DNA from: a virus
Lineage: Duplodnaviria > Heunggongvirae > Uroviricota > Caudoviricetes
Strand: one strand, 5' to 3'
DNA length: 64,000 nucleotides
Virus record (IMG/VR): IMGVR_UViG_3300006155_000234
The notes beneath the pieces were generated by a model that ran no database searches, was not told the DNA's origin, and saw only the letters and a list, made by a program, of their open reading frames with translations. The translations under genes were made by a program, and so were the position numbers. How positions within the stretch are numbered: the stretch's first letter is position 1; every line of letters begins with the position of its first letter. Shown piece by piece: positions 55,589 to 63,878 of this stretch.

Positions 55589-56131
55589 ATGAATAGTAAT
55601 GATGTGTGGAAGCATAATGTAGAAGGTATTATAGAAAATATTAAGAAGGAATCAAAACTTACTATCCTATTTAAAAAGTTTGATGGTATAACTTTTGAAT
55701 GTAGAACACCTATTGACGGAGATATAAATGCTGCAATTCATGAGATGGAAGAAATATTAAATAAAAATGATTTAGTACCATTTCAAATTGAAACTAATAA
55801 AGAAGTTTCTAATGCTTATATAGTACAATTTCCTGAATTGGATGTTATATATAGTAATGAAGAAAAAATAAATATGTATAAAATGATATTTAAGTTTCTA
55901 TTGGACAATATAAATCAAAATAGAAAGGAACCAGTTTCAAAAGGATTTATATTAGATTCCAAAGACATATATATAAAACAAACAATTCAGGCATTTGCAA
56001 GAAGTAATCTTAATAGATACAAAATGAATGTTACAGACTTATTAAATGATATTGAATATAGAAATCATTTAGAATCATTCTTTGTTAGATATGTAGATGA
56101 TTACATGAAGGATAAGGTTTTGACTGAATAA
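55589..56131 (+). CDS. Hypothetical protein
   Basis: ORF track. Confidence 0.6.
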   Translation: MNSNDVWKHNVEGIIENIKKESKLTILFKKFDGITFECRTPIDGDINAAIHEMEEILNKNDLVPFQIETNKEVSNAYIVQFPELDVIYSNEEKINMYKMIFKFLLDNINQNRKEPVSKGFILDSKDIYIKQTIQAFARSNLNRYKMNVTDLLNDIEYRNHLESFFVRYVDDYMKDKVLTE

Positions 56132-56141
56132 GGTGATTATA

Positions 56142-56357
56142 ATGAAGATTTTAGTTATGGTTGAATTATTATTAATATTGATAGTATTTTCAATAAAATA
56201 TATAATAAGACTATATCAAAAACATAAAGATAAAACTAGGGTAAAAACTGTTTTAAATTATTTACATCAAAAAACAGGAAACATAGAAGTAGAAAAACTA
56301 CAAAAGATGTTAGGAGTTGGTGATGATGCAATTAAGAATAAGAACAAAAAAAGATAA
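56142..56357 (+). CDS. Small membrane protein (N-terminal TM helix)
   Basis: MKILVMVELLLILIVFSI hydrophobic segment within ORF 56133..56357. Confidence 0.55.
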   Translation: MKILVMVELLLILIVFSIKYIIRLYQKHKDKTRVKTVLNYLHQKTGNIEVEKLQKMLGVGDDAIKNKNKKR

Positions 56358-56520
56358 TGAAGATATGTATGTTATATTAAGTAATCATATTCCACAGTAT
56401 AAAGAATTTATAGATATTGGTGAACATAGATTTATTGTAGAATATGTAACACATGTTGTAGATGATACTACATTCGATGTTATTACAGATGTTATAATAT
56501 ATGTAAAAGAAATTTATTAG
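56326..56520 (+). CDS. Small hypothetical protein
   Basis: ORF 56317..56520; AGGAG RBS. Confidence 0.5.
   Translation: MQLRIRTKKDNEDMYVILSNHIPQYKEFIDIGEHRFIVEYVTHVVDDTTFDVITDVIIYVKEIY
56487..56498 (+). promoter_or_regulatory. AGATGTTATAAT phage promoter motif upstream of the non-coding array
   Basis: Near-full consensus 34 nt before the first repeat unit; lies inside the end of the 56326 ORF. Confidence 0.55.
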
Positions 56521-56531
56521 ATTGGTTATAT

Positions 56532-56934
56532 GGTTAAAGAAGTTCCTATTAGAGAGATACTGATAATATCTTAACAATACTTCTCACCTATAATATAAAG
56601 TCTTGGTTAAAGAAGTTCCTATTCAACAATAAAAAACATTGGGTACAAATGTGACTATTTCCCATTGTGGAAAATAGCACAGAATACTTCTCACCAGACA
56701 TATAAGCAATATTAGAATTTATTATAATTTCTCTTGCAAGAGTTCCTTTTTCGGAGAGGTTTTCCATGAGCTTTTGAAAATCATGTTATGTAGAAATAGG
56801 ATGAGTGAAGAGTTATTTGGTAAAGGAAAGATTAAAAGAGTTCCTATTTAAAAGATGAAAATTTATCAGATTATTGACCCATATTCTAATTTTAGTTAGA
56901 ATGGTTGATAATCAAGCAGTTGTTACTCTTCATC
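56532..56934 (+). ncRNA. Candidate structured non-coding RNA made of repeated stem-loop units
   Basis: Units 56532-56588, 56605-56695 and 56830-56934 share G(G/A)T-TAA-[6 bp]-TCCTATT...[6 bp]-C-A(C/T)C with compensatory changes; a partial unit starts at 56738; no plausible ORF. Confidence 0.6.
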
Positions 56935-56968
56935 GCAATATTGCTTCTTTAATTTTAAATAATTTATT

Positions 56969-56999
56969 AAAAACCAATTTCATTATGATTTTGGTTTTT
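56969..56999. terminator. Hairpin AAAAACCAA...TTGGTTTTT closing the non-coding array
   Basis: 9-bp outer stem plus inner TCAT/ATGA; A/T tails on both sides. Confidence 0.65.
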
Positions 57000-57009
57000 C
57001 TATATTATA

Positions 57010-57020
57010 AAGATGTTATA
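57010..57020 (+). promoter_or_regulatory. AAGATGTTATA phage promoter motif
   Basis: Upstream of the GAGG RBS of the next ORF. Confidence 0.6.
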
Positions 57021-57036
57021 TTAAGTGAGGTATATT

Positions 57037-57240
57037 ATGAGAAATCCAGAACGAATACCAAGAATATTGGAGAAAATAGAAGCAATTTGGATAAATGAAC
57101 CTGATACCAGATTGGGTCAATTACTTGTTAATTTTGCACCACCAAGAATGCAAAGTGATATTTTTTATTTTGAAGATGATAATTTAGAGGTGGAGTTAGA
57201 TAAAAAAATTGAAAAGATAATGAAAGGAAGGGGTAAATAA
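57037..57240 (+). CDS. Small conserved phage protein (MRNPERIPRIL...W...PD.RLGQLL.N)
   Basis: Pattern common in phage hypothetical proteins; ATG at 57037 within ORF 57025. Confidence 0.65.
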   Translation: MRNPERIPRILEKIEAIWINEPDTRLGQLLVNFAPPRMQSDIFYFEDDNLEVELDKKIEKIMKGRGK

Positions 57241-57557
57241 TGTCTTTATTTGGTTATGTAGAAGGAGATTCTAATTGTGACATTAATAATGTTATATTGA
57301 GATGTGCTTGTGTAGATAGATGTGAACTGGAAGTTGAAAAAGGAGTAAATGTAAATGCACCTAATGAATATTATTTTATACTTAAATCAAAATCAAGATA
57401 TGATAATCTAAATATTATTGAAGTGATAAAGTTAAAATTAAAAAAGATATGGTGTATTTTGAGAGGGAAAGATTATACATATTATGATATTGTAGTAGAA
57501 GAACCATCAATGAAAAAGTTTATTGAAAGTTTACAAAAATTAGTAGAAAGTAAATAG
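57240..57557 (+). CDS. Hypothetical protein
   Basis: ORF track; translationally coupled. Confidence 0.6.
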   Translation: MSLFGYVEGDSNCDINNVILRCACVDRCELEVEKGVNVNAPNEYYFILKSKSRYDNLNIIEVIKLKLKKIWCILRGKDYTYYDIVVEEPSMKKFIESLQKLVESK

Positions 57558-57564
57558 ATGGGTT

Positions 57565-58020
57565 GTGATTAGTTTGTCTAATAGTGAATATTATATATTA
57601 AAATGTCCTGTATGTGATGTAGATATAACAAAAGTTATTGAACAACCAAGTAGAGAGGTTATATGCCCTAATTGTAAGAGAGTATTAGATTTATATTCTA
57701 TATTTGGTTATAATATGTGGTTATCTGAAATTGGTAAAACTACAAAAGTTAATAAAAAGCCAATTAAAGATGTTGTATATGATGAAACAGATATTGAATA
57801 TGACAGTGATGATTATGAATATGATGAAGAAACAATTATAGAAGATTACTTAAATAATAGTCATCTGTTTCAAAAAAGACCAGAAGCATTACATGAATTA
57901 TTACTTTTTAATGCAGATACTTGCTTAATGCAATTAAAGTATCTGATGAAAGTGGGATTTACTAGAAAAGAATCAATAGAAATAATTAAAAAATTAATAG
58001 AACAAAGTTTTCTATTATAG
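57565..58020 (+). CDS. Zinc-ribbon protein with acidic linker
   Basis: CPVC...CPNC; DEY-rich middle. Confidence 0.6.
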   Translation: MISLSNSEYYILKCPVCDVDITKVIEQPSREVICPNCKRVLDLYSIFGYNMWLSEIGKTTKVNKKPIKDVVYDETDIEYDSDDYEYDEETIIEDYLNNSHLFQKRPEALHELLLFNADTCLMQLKYLMKVGFTRKESIEIIKKLIEQSFLL

Positions 58021-58033
58021 TGGAGGTAGTTTT

Positions 58034-60145
58034 ATGAGTATGTTTGAAAGTACATTAAGGTTATTTAAAAGTGTTGTAGTAAAGAATTCTAAAAATTTAT
58101 CAGATATCCCTAATGAAAAAGCATTAAAATATGGTGTTTTTATATCTAAGGATGTTCCTAATAATATTATAGATGAGGCTATAAAACAATATGGTAGAAA
58201 TGGAGAAGAATTAAACCAAACATTTCATAAGTCATTATTTAAAGTAGCAAATGCAGATATAGAACAATTATATTATGAGCAATTATTACATTATTTTACT
58301 ACTTATGGAGCAGAAGCATTAGGTGTGTATAGTTCGGATAATGTTATAATACCAAAAGAAAAATTAGAAGTACCTGAATTAAAGGAAGATACTAAATTAA
58401 TTGTTATTAAACCTATAACAGAAGATGAACTTATATTGAGAATAAATAACTTGGTTACACAGAATTTAGCACTATCTAAAACAACAGTAAATGATATAAT
58501 GAATTTAAGTGATTACATAAATATTGATATGCACAAAAACACAGATGGATACTTTACAGATATAAAAAATAAAGAGATAAAGATTGCTTTATGTAGTAAG
58601 TTTAATATATTACCTAAGAGAGGCGATGAATTTTTAAGATACATACTTGCAAAATATTGTAATAAAACATTACTAATAAAAGATGAAGAAACAAAAAGAG
58701 CAATTAGATTTATTGATGAGAAAGAGCTAATAAAAGTTTTAGATAGATATAATGAATTATATGGATTTATTCCATTAGCAGAAACATATAATAGATTTAA
58801 AGATTTATTTATTTCTATGAAAAGAAAAGTACAACCATCAATTTCAAACTATTACAAAGAAGAAGATTTGAATGCCATTAAGAGAATAAATAAAATTATA
58901 AATCATATTATGCGATTGAGTAAAGACTACCATAAACCAATGCCAACAAATGATTTGAATAATTTTATAGATTATTTAGATAGATTGAAAAAAAATCTAA
59001 AATCAAATGATGACTATATAAAAATAGTTACAGATAAGGTTAAGGATTCAGGAGTATATACTGCAATAAAATTATTGAACTATTTAGAGTATATTAAATG
59101 TAGCAACTTAGATTATAGTATGTATAAAATAAGAAACAATAAGATATTTATAAAAGATAAAATAAATTATAAGTCAGTTGATAGTTTTGATATATTATTA
59201 CTAAAGAATATTATTAAAAATTATTTGAAAGAGAATGTAAGTGGAAAAACTGTATATATTCCTCATAATGTTTTATATAAATTACCACAATCTGAAAAAC
59301 AATTTGTAGGTAATATTCCATTTGGTACTAAGATATTATTTAATAAGCAACCTTTATTAGTGGGTATTCATTGGTGTAATTACAAAGACGATAATAAAGA
59401 AGTGAGAACAGATATAGATTTACATTTAACATCTGAAAAATATAATCTTGGATGGAATACTTCATATAGAAAAGATGATGATATATTATTTACAGGAGAT
59501 AATACGAATGCACCTTTACCACTAGGAGCATCTGAATTCATGTATATTAGTAATGATGTGGAAAATACAACATTTAATCTTAAATTAAATAACTATACAA
59601 GAGATGTTGGACCTCTAAAATATGAATTAATTATAGCATCTGGTTACTATTTAGATAAAGATAGCTTGAATAAAAATTTTGTAGTAGACCCTAATTCTAT
59701 TATAGCAAAAATACCAATGGAAATGGAATTAGGAAAAGCAGAACAGGTTATAGGTATTTTAGATATTAATGATAGTAATATCAATTTCACATTTACAGAT
59801 TTAGTTACTTCAAATTCAAGTGTATCAGGAAATAAACAGTTTGAAGAAAAATTAAGAAATTTTATAAAAATACAAACTCAAACACAATTAGATTTAGGAT
59901 TAATGCTTATTGAAAGTGGTGCTAGAATTGTAGATGGACCAACAATTCCTGTTGAAGTATCTTATGTATTAGATGAAAATATGAATTTAATTAAACAAGA
60001 AGAAGCAGATGAAAAAGGAATAACATATACAGGTGATGAGATGTATTTTAGGAAAGAAGAAGTACCTGTTGATTTTGATTTTAGTTTAGAAGCTTTGACT
60101 AAAGATAGTTTTATTAAATTATTAAGTTTCGGTATTGAAGGTTAA
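58034..60145 (+). CDS. Large conserved hypothetical protein (703 aa), possible C-terminal TerD-like region
   Basis: N-terminal NQTFHKS...EQLLHYFTTYG; C-terminal VGIHW...DIDLH...GWN..YR...FTGD.T.AP...GASEF. The family assignment is tentative. Confidence 0.5.
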   Translation: MSMFESTLRLFKSVVVKNSKNLSDIPNEKALKYGVFISKDVPNNIIDEAIKQYGRNGEELNQTFHKSLFKVANADIEQLYYEQLLHYFTTYGAEALGVYSSDNVIIPKEKLEVPELKEDTKLIVIKPITEDELILRINNLVTQNLALSKTTVNDIMNLSDYINIDMHKNTDGYFTDIKNKEIKIALCSKFNILPKRGDEFLRYILAKYCNKTLLIKDEETKRAIRFIDEKELIKVLDRYNELYGFIPLAETYNRFKDLFISMKRKVQPSISNYYKEEDLNAIKRINKIINHIMRLSKDYHKPMPTNDLNNFIDYLDRLKKNLKSNDDYIKIVTDKVKDSGVYTAIKLLNYLEYIKCSNLDYSMYKIRNNKIFIKDKINYKSVDSFDILLLKNIIKNYLKENVSGKTVYIPHNVLYKLPQSEKQFVGNIPFGTKILFNKQPLLVGIHWCNYKDDNKEVRTDIDLHLTSEKYNLGWNTSYRKDDDILFTGDNTNAPLPLGASEFMYISNDVENTTFNLKLNNYTRDVGPLKYELIIASGYYLDKDSLNKNFVVDPNSIIAKIPMEMELGKAEQVIGILDINDSNINFTFTDLVTSNSSVSGNKQFEEKLRNFIKIQTQTQLDLGLMLIESGARIVDGPTIPVEVSYVLDENMNLIKQEEADEKGITYTGDEMYFRKEEVPVDFDFSLEALTKDSFIKLLSFGIEG

Positions 60146-60641
60146 TAACCTATTATATAAATAAATTTTTAAATATTGTGGCTAGAAAAGGTTACAATTA
60201 AAGGAGGAATTATTATGATAGAAAGATTTGTAAGTGATTTATTTGGGTTTGACCCAGATTTTCTACAAACAAACAGAGTAACATCTGTTAAAAAACCTTA
60301 TACTATAAAGAATGAGGAAAAGAAATCAATAATAGTACATGAGGCTTTAGGTATAAAACCTGAAGATATTAATGTAACTATCGAAACTATAAAAGGAATT
60401 ACTTATTTATTCATTTCTGGGGAAACTAAAAATGGAGTAAATGGTTCTAATTATAGTATTAGAAGTAGATTTTCTATAAATCCTGATATGGTAGACCATA
60501 TTGAGAAAGAAGCGATAGATGGTTTATTATATATAGAGATTTATTTAAAAGAAAGTCAAAAACCTAAAATCAATATTATTGATAAGGTTTCTAATAAAAA
60601 GAAAGTATTAGGATAATTTAAAGGTTATTAACCTTCAGTAC
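60132..60641. repeat. 20-bp inverted repeat pair (19/20) bracketing the Hsp20 gene
   Basis: GTATTGAAGGTTAATAACCT (60132-60151) versus AGGTTATTAACCTTCAGTAC (60622-60641). Confidence 0.75.
60215..60616 (+). CDS. Small heat-shock protein (Hsp20 / alpha-crystallin)
   Basis: HEALGIKPEDINVTIE..LFISGE...RF.I...V..I...A.DGLLYIEI; ATG at 60215 with AAAGGAGG RBS. Confidence 0.8.
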   Translation: MIERFVSDLFGFDPDFLQTNRVTSVKKPYTIKNEEKKSIIVHEALGIKPEDINVTIETIKGITYLFISGETKNGVNGSNYSIRSRFSINPDMVDHIEKEAIDGLLYIEIYLKESQKPKINIIDKVSNKKKVLG

Positions 60642-60665
60642 AATTATTAAAGGGGATATGTTATT

Positions 60666-61343
60666 ATGAGTAGAAAAAAAGTTATAGAAATAGGTAATTT
60701 TACAATAATATCAAAAACACCTAAAGGAAGAAAATCAAATGTTGTATATACATTTGAATATCAAAGAACTGGAAAACCAGAGATATTTAAAGTACAAATG
60801 CTTTGGTTAGATTTTAGAAAAGGAAATGAAACTTGGGCATTTATGGATGGTAGGGAATCAGAAAAATTATCCATAGAGGAAAGAAAAGAATTTATAGCAG
60901 AAATACCAAAATTTCAAAAAGGTGGTTCTTACAGAAAGACACATCCGATAACATATAGTAAAAGTGGGTTATTGAAACAAAGTATTAAGCATAAAGAGTA
61001 TGAATTACAAGTATTAAAAGATGAATTAGAATCAGCAGAGAATAAAGAATTAGTATGTAAATGTAATAAGTATAGAAATATGATAGATACAAAAAAATTA
61101 GATTTTATATCTAAGCAATTAAGTAAAATAGAAGAAAAGACAAATTGTATTATACGATTGAAGTATGTTGGTTATTGTAGTAAGATTATCATATATGATA
61201 GAGATACTTCTATTCCTATTGGTGAAATTAGAAATGTATTGAATAATAATATAGAATCATGGAGGGTAGGACAATTAGATGACTATGATATAAAGTCCAT
61301 TATAAAAAATAATGAAAATTTATCAAATAGTTTAGAAGAGTAG
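60666..61343 (+). CDS. Hypothetical protein
   Basis: ORF track. Confidence 0.6.
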   Translation: MSRKKVIEIGNFTIISKTPKGRKSNVVYTFEYQRTGKPEIFKVQMLWLDFRKGNETWAFMDGRESEKLSIEERKEFIAEIPKFQKGGSYRKTHPITYSKSGLLKQSIKHKEYELQVLKDELESAENKELVCKCNKYRNMIDTKKLDFISKQLSKIEEKTNCIIRLKYVGYCSKIIIYDRDTSIPIGEIRNVLNNNIESWRVGQLDDYDIKSIIKNNENLSNSLEE

Positions 61344-61401
61344 TTATTAAGCTACTCTTTTATCATATTTTAAAATTTATTTAAAAATTTTTCAAAAATA
61401 C

Positions 61402-61430
61402 TTGACATATTTTAAAACTTATAGTATTAT
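61402..61430 (+). promoter_or_regulatory. SigmaA-type early promoter (TTGACA-TATTTTAAAACTTATAG-TATTAT)
   Basis: Spacer identical to the other copies. Confidence 0.85.
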
Positions 61431-61460
61431 AGTAACAGATAAAACAAAGGAGGATTTAAA

Positions 61461-61793
61461 ATGAATACAAGAGAAATTAAAAGAAAGGTACAATTAAGAA
61501 AAAGAAAGGAAAGAATAAGAAAGTTAATTATACAATCTATACTATTATTTACAATTATTACAGGTTTTACTGTTTCTTTTGCAAGTTGGTTAAGTGGGAA
61601 TATATCTCTAAAATATGAAGGAGATTTCTCAACATATATTGTATCTGATGGAGATAGACTATGGAATATTGCAGAAGATGTTTCTACAAATAGAGATGTT
61701 AGAGAAGTTGTATATATAATTGAGCAAGATAACAATTTAGATAGTGCAAATTTACATATTGGACAAGAATTAAAAATAAGAAATAATTATTAA
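61461..61793 (+). CDS. Membrane-anchored LysM protein (YneA-like architecture)
   Basis: Basic N-terminus, one TM helix, LysM pattern YIVSDGDRLWNIA...I.Q.N.L....L.IGQEL.I. Confidence 0.8.
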   Translation: MNTREIKRKVQLRKRKERIRKLIIQSILLFTIITGFTVSFASWLSGNISLKYEGDFSTYIVSDGDRLWNIAEDVSTNRDVREVVYIIEQDNNLDSANLHIGQELKIRNNY

Positions 61794-61798
61794 GGAGT

Positions 61799-63649
61799 AT
61801 GGTTATAATGATTATATTAGAATTTGGTACAGCAGAAAACCAAAGTTTAACCCAAAATAGTATGTTTATAAAATTTCCAAAAGGAAGTACTACATTTTGG
61901 GAGGATAAAGATAAAATTAAAAACTTCTGGAATAGTACATATCTAAAAGATGATAAGGAATGGGAAGTACCCTATACAGAAGAAATATTAACAGAAATAC
62001 AAACATTATTTAATAATGATATATATTATTTAAACGAAAGACCTAGAAGAAAAGCAGATGCAGAACTTACAAAGTTATTAGAAGAACATGATTGGGGTAA
62101 ATTTAAACCATATCCATATCAGTTAGAAGGTATTAAATATGGTTTAAGACACAGAAATTGGATACTAGGAGACACAATGGGGTTAGGTAAATCATACCAA
62201 ACTATTCAATTAGCCAATATTTATAAAAAAGATAATAAAATAAAACATTGTTTAGTAGTTTGCTGCATAAATTCTCTGAAATATAACTGGTTAAATGAAA
62301 TAGGGAAATTTACAAATGAGAGTGCTGTTATATTAGGAACTAGGTATGGAAAAACAGAAAAAACTAAAAATAAGTTATATGATATGTCTATAAATGAAAC
62401 AAAAGAACAGATTAAAGATAAACCTGAAGAGTTCTTTTGGATAATAAATATAGAGAAGTTGAGAGCTTCTAAAGAAGAAGAGAAACTGAAAGATACAATC
62501 GTAGATGCACTTAATACACACATAGAAAACGGAGATTTAGGTTTAATAATTATAGATGAGATACACATGTGTAGAAATTCAAAAGCCCAACAAAGTAAAA
62601 TGCTTATAAAACTTGATGATAAAGCAATGAAAGTAGGTATGTCAGGAACACTTGTAGTAAAAGACCCACTTAATTTATATGTACCTATGAGAGTTGTAGG
62701 ATTGATAAACTCTAGTTTTTGGAATTTCAGCGAAAGATATTTGATAAAAGATATATTCGGAGGTTTTAGTGGATTTCAAAATATAGAAGAATTACAATCT
62801 ATATTACATAAATCATTTATTAGAAGAACTAAAGAGGAAGTTGCTAAAGACTTACCACCAGTTGTATTTAAAAATGAAATTCTTGAAATGTCTAGCGATG
62901 AACAGAAAGTATTTGATGAGATTACTGGAGAGATAAGAAATGAATTAAATGGTATAGAATCAAAAAATAAAAATGTATTGATAGATTTAGTACCTAGAGG
63001 AAGATTGCTAGATAAAATAAATGTACCAACAACACTAATGTCTATATTAACAAGACTTAGACAATGTACAACACATACAGGGTTATTAAGTACACAAATA
63101 CAAAAGTCTACAAAATTTGAAAGATTAAAAGATATATTAGATGAGGCTAAATCTAATGGAGAAAAAGTATTAGTATTTTGTCAATTCACACAAGCAATAG
63201 ATATTGCAATGGATTATTTTAAAGAATATAGCCCTAAAAAAATTGTAGGTGGTATGGGAAATGAAATAATGAATGTAATAAATACACATGAAAATACAGA
63301 TGGGTTTAGTGTTATATTTGCACAAACACAAACATTAGGTGCTGGACATTCATTGCCTAATACTACACAAGTAGTATTTATATCAATACTATGGGATTAT
63401 GCAACATTTGAACAGTGTTTTAATAGGTGTCATAGAATTACAAGTAAAAATAGTGTTACAGTTACTAATTTAATTATGAAAGATACCTATGATGAGAATA
63501 TATATGATAAAATATATGCTAAGAAAGCAATGGGGGATGTTATAGTTGATATGCATGAGATAAATGCTTGTATGGATTATATTAAGAAACTTGGAATAGA
63601 GTTTTTAGGTGGAAAAGTAACAAAGAATAATGTATTGCTAGGTGATTAA
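61799..63649 (+). CDS. SNF2-family helicase/translocase
   Basis: YQLEG, GDTMGLGKS, IIDEIH, GMSGT, RRTK, KVLVFCQF, GAGHSL, QCFNRCHRI. Confidence 0.9.
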   Translation: MVIMIILEFGTAENQSLTQNSMFIKFPKGSTTFWEDKDKIKNFWNSTYLKDDKEWEVPYTEEILTEIQTLFNNDIYYLNERPRRKADAELTKLLEEHDWGKFKPYPYQLEGIKYGLRHRNWILGDTMGLGKSYQTIQLANIYKKDNKIKHCLVVCCINSLKYNWLNEIGKFTNESAVILGTRYGKTEKTKNKLYDMSINETKEQIKDKPEEFFWIINIEKLRASKEEEKLKDTIVDALNTHIENGDLGLIIIDEIHMCRNSKAQQSKMLIKLDDKAMKVGMSGTLVVKDPLNLYVPMRVVGLINSSFWNFSERYLIKDIFGGFSGFQNIEELQSILHKSFIRRTKEEVAKDLPPVVFKNEILEMSSDEQKVFDEITGEIRNELNGIESKNKNVLIDLVPRGRLLDKINVPTTLMSILTRLRQCTTHTGLLSTQIQKSTKFERLKDILDEAKSNGEKVLVFCQFTQAIDIAMDYFKEYSPKKIVGGMGNEIMNVINTHENTDGFSVIFAQTQTLGAGHSLPNTTQVVFISILWDYATFEQCFNRCHRITSKNSVTVTNLIMKDTYDENIYDKIYAKKAMGDVIVDMHEINACMDYIKKLGIEFLGGKVTKNNVLLGD

Positions 63650-63716
63650 TATATAAATTATTTAAAATTACCTATAAACCAATTCTCGTTTGAATGAGAT
63701 ATGTGAAGAAGTTAAT

Positions 63717-63878
63717 ATGGAAGACAAAATTTGTAGTATTTGTGATAAACAATTTAAGGGATATGGGAATAATGCTTATCCAGTAAACGATGGTATTTGT
63801 TGCAATGAGTGTAATCATTTGATAGTTTTATCAATGAGGTTTAATTTAAAGTATAGAGGAGGTTATAAAAATGATTAA
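63717..63878 (+). CDS. Small Zn-binding protein (CSIC...GNNA.PV..G.CC..CN)
   Basis: ATG at 63717 within ORF 63690..63878. Confidence 0.6.
   Translation: MEDKICSICDKQFKGYGNNAYPVNDGICCNECNHLIVLSMRFNLKYRGGYKND

Noticed and set aside
56612-56624. Exact 13-bp match to one arm of the yeast FRT site (GAAGTTCCTATTC)
   Set aside because: The 8-bp spacer and inverted second arm are missing, the motif is explained by the stem-loop units, and no tyrosine recombinase is in the window. Treated as coincidence, not vector contamination.
56532-56934. CRISPR or TIGR-type array
   Set aside because: Unit lengths vary (57, 91, 105 nt), the repeats are two separate motifs that pair with each other, and no cas or Nop-domain gene was recognised.
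56532-56934. Known small ribozymes (hammerhead, twister, pistol)
   Set aside because: The required cores (CUGAUGA with GAAA; twister GAG and pseudoknots; pistol motifs) could not be placed by eye; an Rfam search is still advised.
56874-57098. 74-aa ORF overlapping the ncRNA array and the next gene
   Set aside because: No RBS; it runs through the terminator hairpin and promoter and overlaps a better-supported ORF.
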